DNA of 64,000 bases, taken from the NCBI GenBank assembly GCA_031366795.1, contig JANLOX010000245.1, positions 14,020 through 78,019 of the forward strand, in the 5' to 3' direction. Origin of the DNA: Candidatus Eiseniibacteriota bacterium (lineage in GTDB: Bacteria; Eisenbacteria; RBG-16-71-46). The position numbers and the translations under genes were made by a program. The notes under the pieces are model-generated. The model was not told the origin of the DNA. It searched no databases and saw only the letters and a program-made list of their open reading frames with translations. Below, one piece after another: positions 37,952 through 47,005 of this stretch (positions are counted from its first letter, which is position 1; every line of letters begins with the position of its first letter).

Positions 37952-38884
37952 TCAGCGCCGGAATGCCTCGAGAATGTCCCCCCCGATCGCGGCAATGTGG
38001 CGTCCTGACACAGGGATGAGCACCGCCTCGAGTTGGTTGCGAAACCATGTGCGCTGGCGTTTTGCGAGTTGCCGGGTGCGCAACGAGGTGTTTGCTTCGG
38101 CTTGTTCGCGCGTCAGCCGGCCGTGAAGCAGTTCAAGCGTCTCGTCATAGCCGACGGCTCGCAGGCGGGCAAGTTCAGCTTCGCGGCCCGCAGTGACCAG
38201 CGCCTGCGTCTCTTCGATGAGGCCCGAATTGAACATCGCGCCAGTCCGCGCCTCAATGAGCGGGTAGTGCTCCTCGCCTGTGAGGGTGATCTCGATGGCG
38301 GTCCAATCGGCATCGAACCCCGGGCTCGAGGGTTGCTCGCGCCACCAGGCGGTGGTGTGGCCGCTCGATTCGACGATCTCGAGCGCCCGCAGGATGCGCT
38401 GGGTGTCGGTCGGCGCGAGCTTCGCGGCGCGCGCCGGATCGAGCACGCTGAGACGCCGGTGCAACGGGCGCGGTCCCCATTCAGCGGCCTCCCCCATCAG
38501 CCTGAGCCGCAGTTCCGCATCGCGTGGAGGCTGCGCCGACAATCCGCTCATCAAGGCGCGCAGGTAGAGGCCCGAGCCGCCGACGAACAACGCGACACCA
38601 TCCGCCGCTTCGATCGCGCGCAGCGCACCGGCGGCGGCCTCCGCGTACCAACCGGCGCTTGGGCGTTGATCGAGCGACAACGCGTCGAACAGCATGTGCG
38701 GAAGTGCGGCGAGTTCCGCCGGAGCCGGCTTGCCGGTGCCGATGTTCAGCTCGCGAAACACCTGTCGCGAATCGGCGCACACGATCGTGGCGCCGAGCCG
38801 TTCCGCGAGCCACTCCGCGACGGCCGTCTTGCCCGTGGCGGTGGCGCCGGCGATGACCAGGCTGCGGATCCTGCGAGGCGGCAT
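37952..38884 (-). CDS. miaA: tRNA dimethylallyltransferase
   Basis: GATATGKT, ADSRQVFRELNIGTGKP, VGGSGLYL, RILRALE, AVGY.E, TRQLAKRQRTWF. Confidence 0.96.
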   Translation of the reverse strand: MPPRRIRSLVIAGATATGKTAVAEWLAERLGATIVCADSRQVFRELNIGTGKPAPAELAALPHMLFDALSLDQRPSAGWYAEAAAGALRAIEAADGVALFVGGSGLYLRALMSGLSAQPPRDAELRLRLMGEAAEWGPRPLHRRLSVLDPARAAKLAPTDTQRILRALEIVESSGHTTAWWREQPSSPGFDADWTAIEITLTGEEHYPLIEARTGAMFNSGLIEETQALVTAGREAELARLRAVGYDETLELLHGRLTREQAEANTSLRTRQLAKRQRTWFRNQLEAVLIPVSGRHIAAIGGDILEAFRR

Positions 38885-38906
38885 GCCGGTGCGCGTCCTG
38901 TGAGAA

Positions 38907-40718
38907 TCAGCTGCGTCCGAAGCGGCGATGCAATTCTTCGAGGTCGAGCCGCACGAAGGTCACGCGGCCGTGCGGATCGCCATGCGGCTGTGACGTCGCG
39001 AACAGGCGGTCGACGAGCGCGCGCATTTCCGGTGGGCTGAGCACATCACCGGCCTTCACCGCGGCGTGGCAGGCATAGGTGCGCGCGAGGTGTTCCGCGA
39101 CATCCTGGTCGCTGGTCTTCCCCGTTGCTTCACTCACTCCATCGAGGACGTCCTGGAGGAAGCGGCCGGGATGATCCGCGCTGATCTCGGGAGGCACACC
39201 GCGCACGACCACGGAGGGAGCGCCCAGCGGTGAGAGGTCCCACCCCAACTGCTGCAGCCACGGACCCAACTCCAGCACAAGGTCGAACTGGCTCTGCGAC
39301 AAGTCGACGAGCGTCGGGAATAACAGCTGCTGCGAAGTGCCCGCAGCACCTTCGAGCCGCGCACGCGCCTGCTCGAACAGGATCCGCTCATGGGCGGCGT
39401 GCTGGTCGACGATCACGAGACCGCCGCGCACCGGGGCGAGGATATAGGTGCGGTGCAACTGCCAAAGGTCGGGAGTGTCCCCGGCCGGCGTCGTGGCTCC
39501 CTGCGCGAACGCCGCGGCATCCTGGGCCGCGCGCTGCGGGATGGCCGGTGCGAGCACCGCGTGGCCTGCTGCGGTGGCGACCGGAGCCGGCGCGCTCAAC
39601 GCGAGCGCGCCCTGCGTCGAGGGACGCTCGAACACGCGATCACCCCACTGCGGGGTGTCGCTGCCGCCGCGCACGACCGCGAAGGGCGGCGTCAGGTTGG
39701 CGAGCGGGCGCGCGCAGGCGCCCGCCACCAGCGACAGCACGGCACCGTCATCGGCGAAGCGCACCTCGCGCTTGGTGGGATGCACGTTCACATCGAGGCG
39801 ATCAGGCGGCACCGTGAGCCACAGCGTACAGGCGGGAAAGCGGCCGGATGGCAGCAGGTTGCCATACGCCTGGCGCAGCGCGTGCGACAGCAAGGGGCTG
39901 TGGATCCAGCGCCGGTTGACGAGGAACACCTGGCCCTCGCGCGTAGCACGTGCGTGCTCCGGCAATCCCAGCAGCGCGGTCACCGCATAGCCATCGCGTT
40001 CCGCGTGGGTTTCCATCAACTGCTCGGCGTGGCGCGCGCCCCACAACGCCAGCGCGCGTTCACGACGCTGCGCCAACAGTGCTGGGGGATCCGTCGCCCC
40101 GTTGCCGCGCACCGCGGGCCAGTCGAGCCGGGTGCGCTGGTCCACGATCAAGCGCAACGCTACCTCGGGGAAGCCTAAGCCGTAGCATTCGAGCAGCCGG
40201 ATGGCCGCGCGCAATTCCCCGGTGGGTGTGTTCATGAACTTACGCCGCGCCGGTGTGTTGAAGAACAGGTTCGACACCTCGACGGTGGTGCCCGTCGCGC
40301 GGGGCGAATCGCCGCGCTCGATCACCGTGCCGCCTTCCATGACCACGAATGCGGCGGCATCGTCCTGACGGCGGCGGCTCGACAAGCGCAGGCGGCTCAC
40401 CGCGGCGATGCTGGGGAGCGCTTCGCCCCGGAAGCCGAGGCTCGAAAGCGCATCGAGGTCGTCGAACGCTTCGAGCTTGCTGGTGGCGTGGGGCGGGCGC
40501 GCCAGGTCGAGTTCCGCGGCGGCGATGCCGTGGCCGTCATCGGCGACGCTGAAGAACTGGTCGAGCGAGCGCTCCACGCGGATTTCGATCGCGTGGGCAC
40601 CCGCATCCAAGGCGTTCTCGAGTATTTCCTTGATGGCGGACAGCGGCCGCTCGATGACCTCGCCCGCGGCGATGCGCGAGGCAGTTTCGGGAGCCAGCCG
40701 CCGGATCGAATGTGACAT
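38907..40718 (-). CDS. mutL: DNA mismatch repair endonuclease MutL
   Basis: IAAGEVIERP, ENALDAGA, HATSK, GFRGEALPSI, LFFNTPARRKF, DVNVHPTKREV, DQHAAHERI, ACH. Confidence 0.96.
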   Translation of the reverse strand: MSHSIRRLAPETASRIAAGEVIERPLSAIKEILENALDAGAHAIEIRVERSLDQFFSVADDGHGIAAAELDLARPPHATSKLEAFDDLDALSSLGFRGEALPSIAAVSRLRLSSRRRQDDAAAFVVMEGGTVIERGDSPRATGTTVEVSNLFFNTPARRKFMNTPTGELRAAIRLLECYGLGFPEVALRLIVDQRTRLDWPAVRGNGATDPPALLAQRRERALALWGARHAEQLMETHAERDGYAVTALLGLPEHARATREGQVFLVNRRWIHSPLLSHALRQAYGNLLPSGRFPACTLWLTVPPDRLDVNVHPTKREVRFADDGAVLSLVAGACARPLANLTPPFAVVRGGSDTPQWGDRVFERPSTQGALALSAPAPVATAAGHAVLAPAIPQRAAQDAAAFAQGATTPAGDTPDLWQLHRTYILAPVRGGLVIVDQHAAHERILFEQARARLEGAAGTSQQLLFPTLVDLSQSQFDLVLELGPWLQQLGWDLSPLGAPSVVVRGVPPEISADHPGRFLQDVLDGVSEATGKTSDQDVAEHLARTYACHAAVKAGDVLSPPEMRALVDRLFATSQPHGDPHGRVTFVRLDLEELHRRFGRS

Positions 40719-40804
40719 GGGGCCTCCCGACGAAGAAGGCCAAGGATTACACGACGCTCGGAGCGAGGGTCAAGGACGCGAGTTGTCGCAGCCTTAAGCG
40801 AGCC

Positions 40805-42082
40805 CTATCCGCGGGAGTCGCCGCCGCCCACCCAGTCCTGCGCCGAGGAAAGAAAATCGTGCGTCTCCGCAGCACCTGGCAACCCGGACAATTCGATTCG
40901 CTCGTCGTGAATGAGCGAAACACCAGCGGCATCGCCCAACGAGCCGCACGCTTGCCGCCACAGGAACTCGATGCGGCGGCGCACCTGCTGGTAGGCGCGC
41001 GTGGATCCGGCGCACAGCAGCAGCAATTCATCCGGAGCGGGACGGCAAACGCAATCCGTACCGCGCAAGCGTTCAGGCAATTCCGCGAGCAATGCGGTCA
41101 GCGCCTCCTCGGGGCCTGTGAAGCTCAGGCGGTAGAGCGCGAAGCGGAAGCCCTCGGCGTGATGACGGTCCACCGCCATCTGCAGCCGGTGCGTGAACGC
41201 AGCGGGTTCGAACAAGGTCAGTCGCGGCGTCTCGGCCACTTCGCCATGCTCTGCGACACTCCAGGCGACACACAGCGATTGCACCGCCGATTCCCATACG
41301 GCGCGCGCCATCGCGCCATCCGCTCCGGCCACCGCCACGACGGCGCGGCGGTGCTCGGTGTGGAAGGGCCACGCCGCCCACAGCCGGCCACGCTGGGCAC
41401 CGTCCTCGCGCCGCATGACGTGCGGCGTGTCCAGCCGGAACGCCAGCGCCACCAGCGACTCGAGCAGAGGATCTTCGGGGCCGAAGCGGCACAGCCGCGT
41501 CAGTCCCTCCCCCGCGGCATGGTGGATGGAGGCCGACGACGCGGAGGTCTCGGCAACCCAGTTGGCGAGACATCGCTCGAGCCCGAGCGGGTCCTCCGGA
41601 GGCGGCAGCACGACGATCCGCTCGCCCATGGCTTCGGTGCCGGCGGCCGAGGGCGCGAGCCCTTCCGGCAACCAGCCGCTGGTGGCGAACGTTTCGACAT
41701 CGGGCGCCGCGTCCGTGGCCGGGTCGTTGCACCTTTCACGGCGCTCTTCGTGATGCCCGTTGCGCAGGAATTGCTGCGGTGACTCGATGGGCGTACCCAA
41801 CGCGCGAAGCAGGCGGTCGAGTTGTTCGAGCCGCGGGCTGCGCTCGCTCACCAATGCCACGTCGAAGATCTCGCGCGTCAGGTCCGCGAGTTCGACGCTC
41901 CGCGGCAGGCCGCACAGCGAAGCGACGCGAACTCCGGCGTCTTCAGTGGAGGTCCCTGCAACCAGCCGGATGGCGACACCCGGCATGCGCAGCAGGCTGG
42001 GCAGGTGGTCGGCATCCTGCCAGTCGAAATCAATCAACACGATTCGGCGGGGCGAACCCCCCGGGCGATCCAATGGTGTCAT
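40805..42082 (-). CDS. Multidomain protein: Rossmann-like N-terminus, GAF-like middle, degenerate GGDEF C-terminus
   Basis: C-terminus F..RLQMAVDR....G.RFAL...LPERLRGTDCVCRPAPDELLLL aligns to the GGDEF fold; ATG after GAAGGA. Confidence 0.6.
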   Translation of the reverse strand: MTPLDRPGGSPRRIVLIDFDWQDADHLPSLLRMPGVAIRLVAGTSTEDAGVRVASLCGLPRSVELADLTREIFDVALVSERSPRLEQLDRLLRALGTPIESPQQFLRNGHHEERRERCNDPATDAAPDVETFATSGWLPEGLAPSAAGTEAMGERIVVLPPPEDPLGLERCLANWVAETSASSASIHHAAGEGLTRLCRFGPEDPLLESLVALAFRLDTPHVMRREDGAQRGRLWAAWPFHTEHRRAVVAVAGADGAMARAVWESAVQSLCVAWSVAEHGEVAETPRLTLFEPAAFTHRLQMAVDRHHAEGFRFALYRLSFTGPEEALTALLAELPERLRGTDCVCRPAPDELLLLCAGSTRAYQQVRRRIEFLWRQACGSLGDAAGVSLIHDERIELSGLPGAAETHDFLSSAQDWVGGGDSRG

Positions 42083-42261
42083 GGCGTTCCTTCGCAGGGC
42101 GATGTTGGATTCGTCGGAGGTGAAACGCAGGGACCATACCACCGCGTACATCACGGGCCGGCGCGTGTTTCAGTGTATGGCGCGCGGCCCCGTCTCCCAC
42201 CCTCGTGCCAATTGCAATGGCCGGGGCCGTTTTGCGCACGGCCTGCCCGGGCCAACAGGCG

Positions 42262-45180
42262 CTAGAGTTCGGGACGAGGTGGCAATGGCGGAAGGGAAAC
42301 TTCACGCAGCACCGGGTCGACGATGCGCACCGGGAACTGGCGTTTGAGCTCCTTGAGCTCGTCGCGCAGCCCGTACTCGATCTCGAGACCGCGAATGGGT
42401 CCCATCTGCTGCTCGACTTCCGCAGCGGATGGCGTGCCATGACGGTTGACGCGCAAGCGTGCGCTGAAGTCGGACAGCGGTACCCAGCCGCTCAAGCTAC
42501 CCGCGGCGAGCCCCGGGGTGCCGGGCAAACCGAAAACCACCGAGTCCACCAGATCCGAAGCGCCCAGCTTACCGAGCGCCTTGCGACGAACGTAATGGTT
42601 GTCGCCCGCGAGGCCTCCCCACAATTCGCCGAGACTTTCGAACGTCCAACCCGCGCGCATCAGCGAATCCATCTCGGCCTGCTTCGCTGCGAGGGCATGC
42701 GCACTCAAGCGCCGGCGGTATTCGATCAATACCGGCGTCTGCGCGAAGGCCCAATCCTGAATTCGCGGCGAGGCGATGCTGTCGACCCACATGGCCGCCG
42801 CACCCTGCCCCAGGAAGTATTCGCTTCCCGGATAGATCTCCCCAGGCTTCATGCGATCGAGACGCTCGGCCATGGGGATCAGGTTCTCGGGATAACCGCG
42901 ATCACCCGGGCGATGGCGGTACTGTTCGACCTGCAGCCCGAGCTTGTCCGCAACTGCCCGGCCCTGCGCGGGATTGCGAATGACCTGTGCGAGGCTGTCG
43001 GCGAACTGACGCGCCAGCGTCTGGGACTTTTTGATGGCGGCGTCCGCGCCCACGGCGGTGTAGACCCAGGCGAGTGGCTCGGTAACTTCCGCGACGTGCT
43101 CCTCGAGCTTCAGCAAATGGTAGCCGTCCGTGGCCAGCACGGGGTCGCTGACCTGTCCCAGCTTGAGGGCGAACCCTACCTTCTGGATCTCGGGCACCAA
43201 CTCCCCGGCGGAGCGGTAACCCAGGTCGCCGCCATCGTCACGTGTCTTGTCGTCGTCCGACAGACGACGCGCAAGCTCCTGGAAGTTCTCGCCCGCGCGA
43301 ATCCGTTTGAGGGCGTCAGCGGCCCGCGCGCGCGCCTGTTGTTGGGAGGCAGCTTCGCCGCCGCTGAGCTTGAACAGAATGTGGCGAAGACGGAAGCGCT
43401 CCGGTGAGCCGTAGTCGGCGAGGTGCTGCCGGTAGTACGACTCGACTTCCTGCCGGGACAGCGGCACGTCGATCAGCTCCGGCTGGGGACACCACAGCCG
43501 TGAGTAATAGACCAGCTTGCCGGTCAGGTACTGGTACGGGTTGCGCTCATAGATCTTGCGCGCTTCCTCGACTTCGGCCGTCTCCTGTGCCGCGCGCATC
43601 CGGTCCAGCAGCTGCGCGCGGACCTGGTCGAGCGAGGGCACGAGGCGCTCGACCAGTTCGTAGGCGTGCACGACCGCGTAGCCTGCGGCAAACGGCACCA
43701 CTTCGAGTGTGCGGCCGTAGATCCGGTTGTTGAGGGTGTCGCTGACGACCTTGCTGGCCCCGCCCAGGTCGAGCGTGCCGCCATAGGGCACAGCACCCAG
43801 TTCATACAGGGTCGCTTGCGCTTCGAGCGTGCGGTCGCGGCGGTCCTGGCTCCAGGCATCCTCGATGCGATTGGCCAGGTCGCGCGCGAACAGGTCGCGC
43901 CGGCTGGACCGCCAGCGGTCGTTAAGTTCGCCGCGCACCTCGGCAAAGGGCCGCGCCGTCAACGACTGGGAGACGGGGTCGAACCGTGAATAGTCCGCGA
44001 GCCGCGACTGGTAAAAGCTCTTGAGGTCGTCTTGCGAAGGCTCGGGAACCTTCAGCTTGGCAGCGTCGACGACAGCGCAGCGCAACCGGTATCCCGGCCG
44101 GCCGAGACTATCGCGTACCGAGGCGTAGAAACGCTTCAATTCGACCTGCTCTGTCCCAGCGCTCAGCTCGGTGCGCAACTGCGCGCGAACGATCGGGGAT
44201 GCCTCGGCGAGCGTGCCCGGCCGGCGCGCGGCGGAGGTGTCGACCTCGACGACGTAGAAGCCCTGGGCGCCCGGAACGGGCTCGGGGATCAAGGTGCCCG
44301 GAGGCGCGCTGAAGATGCGCGCGTTCTGCGCGGGTGTGGCTCGCCACGACCCGGGCAGATTGTCGTCGCGCAGGGTGATCCGGCGCTGCCGTCCGCCCAA
44401 CTGGTCCCCCACATCGGAAAGCGCCGTGCCGCCCTGGTTCCCGGTGATCGCGCTCAGCGCTTTCTGCTTCATCGTGGCGAGCGCGGCGTTATCCGGCGCA
44501 TCGGTTTCGAATAACAGTGCGTGAACGGTCGCTTCCGCCGGCCGGTCGAAGTCGTGCATGTGCGCGCGGTACTCTTCGAGCACTTCCTTCTCTGACGGCT
44601 CGCGTGCGCGGCCCGTGAATGACGCCATGGGCAGGGCGAGATAGTTCAAGTTCGCGCTCTCGAGCGTCCGCGTCGCGGCGCGGCGAAGCGCGTCATCGGA
44701 AGGCGTGTATTTCTTGCGGAGGTTCTCGGACAGGCGCTGGGCGCCCAACTCGCGCCGGGCTTCGTCGGCCGCCCGCTTGAATGAGGCCGGGTCATTGCGG
44801 TGGGCGTTATCCCAGGCGCGCTGGCTGAATTGCCCATTCGGATTGAAGATGGGCATGTGCTTGAGATAAGCCTCGACCTCGGCATCGCTGACTTGAGCGC
44901 GGCCTGCGCCGAGTACGTAGAGACGCTGGCGCACAAGCGTCTCGAGCGCCTGCCTGCGGATCGAGGCGCGCTGCTGCGCATTAAGGTCGGCCCCCATCCG
45001 TCCGCGGTAGGCGACCTCCATCTCCGCGGCCCGCGCGTCGAGTTCGTCCTGCCGGATGCCGCTACTGCCCACCGTCGCGACGATGGTGCCGGGCGCGCCC
45101 AGTACCCGCGCGGGCGCTCCGCCCAGCGTGAAGCCCAACACCAACAGCGCGACCCAGATCCTGCTCAGGCTCGACCTCAC
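42262..45180 (-). CDS. Large SurA/PpiD-like parvulin peptidyl-prolyl isomerase
   Basis: Signal/TM, VATVG..GI, ALETLVRQRL, VSDAEV; rotamase RHILF..GENFQELARRLSDD..GGDLG...GQVSDPV...GYHLLK. GTG start after AAGGAG; the ORF-track extension is antisense to pgeF. Confidence 0.85.
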   Translation of the reverse strand: MRSSLSRIWVALLVLGFTLGGAPARVLGAPGTIVATVGSSGIRQDELDARAAEMEVAYRGRMGADLNAQQRASIRRQALETLVRQRLYVLGAGRAQVSDAEVEAYLKHMPIFNPNGQFSQRAWDNAHRNDPASFKRAADEARRELGAQRLSENLRKKYTPSDDALRRAATRTLESANLNYLALPMASFTGRAREPSEKEVLEEYRAHMHDFDRPAEATVHALLFETDAPDNAALATMKQKALSAITGNQGGTALSDVGDQLGGRQRRITLRDDNLPGSWRATPAQNARIFSAPPGTLIPEPVPGAQGFYVVEVDTSAARRPGTLAEASPIVRAQLRTELSAGTEQVELKRFYASVRDSLGRPGYRLRCAVVDAAKLKVPEPSQDDLKSFYQSRLADYSRFDPVSQSLTARPFAEVRGELNDRWRSSRRDLFARDLANRIEDAWSQDRRDRTLEAQATLYELGAVPYGGTLDLGGASKVVSDTLNNRIYGRTLEVVPFAAGYAVVHAYELVERLVPSLDQVRAQLLDRMRAAQETAEVEEARKIYERNPYQYLTGKLVYYSRLWCPQPELIDVPLSRQEVESYYRQHLADYGSPERFRLRHILFKLSGGEAASQQQARARAADALKRIRAGENFQELARRLSDDDKTRDDGGDLGYRSAGELVPEIQKVGFALKLGQVSDPVLATDGYHLLKLEEHVAEVTEPLAWVYTAVGADAAIKKSQTLARQFADSLAQVIRNPAQGRAVADKLGLQVEQYRHRPGDRGYPENLIPMAERLDRMKPGEIYPGSEYFLGQGAAAMWVDSIASPRIQDWAFAQTPVLIEYRRRLSAHALAAKQAEMDSLMRAGWTFESLGELWGGLAGDNHYVRRKALGKLGASDLVDSVVFGLPGTPGLAAGSLSGWVPLSDFSARLRVNRHGTPSAAEVEQQMGPIRGLEIEYGLRDELKELKRQFPVRIVDPVLREVSLPPLPPRPEL

Positions 45181-45249
45181 TCCTGGACTCCTTGTGTGGA
45201 TGTGCTCGCGGCCTTGACCCTCGAACGTGGTGCTGAATAGCCTGCCCAC

Positions 45250-46002
45250 ATGTCCTGGATCCTCGAAACGTCCCAACATGTAATGATGTGGCGCCCCACC
45301 TTCACCCCCGCGGGTTGCGTCGTCGCCATGACGACACGCCGCGGGGGCGTCAGCCTGGCACCCTATGACGATCTGAATCTCGGGCGATCCACCGCCGATG
45401 CACCCGGCTCGGTGACCGAGAACCGGCGGCGCGTTTTGGCCGCCCTTGGGGTAGACCCCGAGCGGCTCGCGACCGCGGGGCAGATCCATGGCACGCGCGT
45501 AAGCGAAGCCACGGCGGCTGGGCTCCACACCGAAACCGACGCGCTGTTGACCCGGGAAACGGGACTCGCGATTGCCGTCAGTGGTGCCGATTGTCTCCCC
45601 CTTGCCCTGTGCAGCGGCAGCGTCGTCGCTGTCGCCCACTCCGGATGGCGCGGCACGGTGGAAGGAATGCCCGGCGCCGTCCTGCGCGCGGCACTCGAAT
45701 CCTCCGCTGCGTCCGCCGCGGATGCCTATGTCTACCTCGGGCCCTGCATCGGGCCTTGCTGCTATGTCGTGGGTGAAGACGTTGCCCGGTACTTCCCGGA
45801 AGCGGCAATCGTTCGCCGCGGGGCCGACGTGTACGCCGATATCGCTCTCGCTGCGCGCCTGCAACTTGAAGCCGCCGGCGTTCCCGCCGGCCAGATTCTC
45901 GACCCACCCGCCTGTACGTCCTGTGCCGCTGACTTCTGTTTCTCGCACCGGCGCGATCACGGACTCACCGGACGGCTCTGGGGAATCGCCGCCCGCTGCT
46001 AG
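45250..46002 (+). CDS. pgeF: PgeF/YfiH family (peptidoglycan editing factor / purine nucleoside phosphorylase)
   Basis: TTRRGGVS, LNLG, VTENRR, QIHG, DAL, ADCLP, AHSGWRG, GPCIGPCCY.VG, CT.C..FSHRR. Confidence 0.93.
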   Translation: MSWILETSQHVMMWRPTFTPAGCVVAMTTRRGGVSLAPYDDLNLGRSTADAPGSVTENRRRVLAALGVDPERLATAGQIHGTRVSEATAAGLHTETDALLTRETGLAIAVSGADCLPLALCSGSVVAVAHSGWRGTVEGMPGAVLRAALESSAASAADAYVYLGPCIGPCCYVVGEDVARYFPEAAIVRRGADVYADIALAARLQLEAAGVPAGQILDPPACTSCAADFCFSHRRDHGLTGRLWGIAARC

Positions 46003-46117
46003 CACCGTGCCTGCCGTTGCGGGCGGAAAGTATAGCAAGCGAGCCATATCCGCCGCACGCCGCATCCCGGCCCGAAGTGATTGACGCTGGCTTGTCATGT
46101 GTGCTCGGTCCGGAATC

Positions 46118-46147
46118 TTGACCGTGGTGAAAGCTCACTCCTAGACT
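46118..46147 (+). promoter_or_regulatory. Candidate sigma-70 promoter of the cyclophilin gene
   Basis: TTGACC-18 bp-TAGACT, ~55 bp upstream of AGGAGG-ATG. Confidence 0.5.
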
Positions 46148-46200
46148 ACATTGCAGGAATACGCTCCGCTCCCCGCTTTCAAATTTCGACAGGAGGATTC

Positions 46201-46887
46201 ATGCGTCGCAGTGTCTCAGGGGCTGTAGTACTTGGCGTGATGTTGCTCACGACCGCATCGGCGTATGCCGCACCGGCCGCCACCGCCGCCAGACCTAAGG
46301 CTTCGCTCAAGACGGCCCATGTCGCGGAAGTCGCGGTGCTCGAGACGACGCAGGGCAAGATCGTGATCAAGTTCCACAATGCGGACGCGCCGAAGACGGT
46401 GGCGAATTTCAAGAAGCTGGTGCGCGCGAAGTTTTACGACGGGACGTATTTCCACCGTGTCATCCCCCAGTTCATGATCCAGGGTGGCGATCCGAACACC
46501 AAGAATGCCGATCCCAACGACGACGGTATGGGCGGCCCGGGTTACACGGTGCCGGCCGAGATCAAGGGGCTGCACCTGCGTGGCTCGGTGGCGACCGCCC
46601 GGACGGGTGACGGCCAGAACCCAAAGAAGGATTCAAGCGGCTCGCAGTTCTTCATCGACGTGGCGCCCCAGCCTTCGCTCGATGCCGGCGGCTACACGGT
46701 GTTCGGCGAGGTCATCTCAGGAATGGACGCCGTGGATAAGATTGTGGCACTCGGGGCGGATCCCTCAACGCCGCGTGGCGGCGCCGGTCCGAACCCGGGC
46801 CAGAAGGCGCTGATCAAGCAGGCGACGATCGAGCCGTTGTCCAAGTATGAGAAGCCGGCCGCGGCGGAAGCCCCGGCAGTGAAGTAA
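46201..46887 (+). CDS. Periplasmic cyclophilin-type peptidyl-prolyl isomerase
   Basis: Signal peptide; APKTVANF, FYDGTYFHRVIPQFMIQGGDP, GPGYT, SGSQFFI, YTVFGEVISGMD.VDKI. Confidence 0.95.
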   Translation: MRRSVSGAVVLGVMLLTTASAYAAPAATAARPKASLKTAHVAEVAVLETTQGKIVIKFHNADAPKTVANFKKLVRAKFYDGTYFHRVIPQFMIQGGDPNTKNADPNDDGMGGPGYTVPAEIKGLHLRGSVATARTGDGQNPKKDSSGSQFFIDVAPQPSLDAGGYTVFGEVISGMDAVDKIVALGADPSTPRGGAGPNPGQKALIKQATIEPLSKYEKPAAAEAPAVK

Positions 46888-46911
46888 GACGGCACACCGC
46901 CGGAGGCTAGA

Positions 46912-46942
46912 CGACGGGCGGCCTCATCGGGGCCGCCCGTCG
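46912..46942. terminator. GC-rich hairpin between convergent genes
   Basis: CGACGGGCGGCC..GGCCGCCCGTCG (12-bp perfect stem); no clear U-tract. Confidence 0.6.
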
Positions 46943-47005
46943 CGCTCGATGGTGCGGTGTGACGGCGTGAACGTTCAACTGGGCAGCGGGCCGCTGGCGC
47001 ATCGC

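Noticed and set aside
45181..46098. N-terminal extension making the PPIase ORF 1278 aa
   Set aside because: Antisense to the clearly real pgeF; an RBS, GTG and signal peptide are present at 45180.
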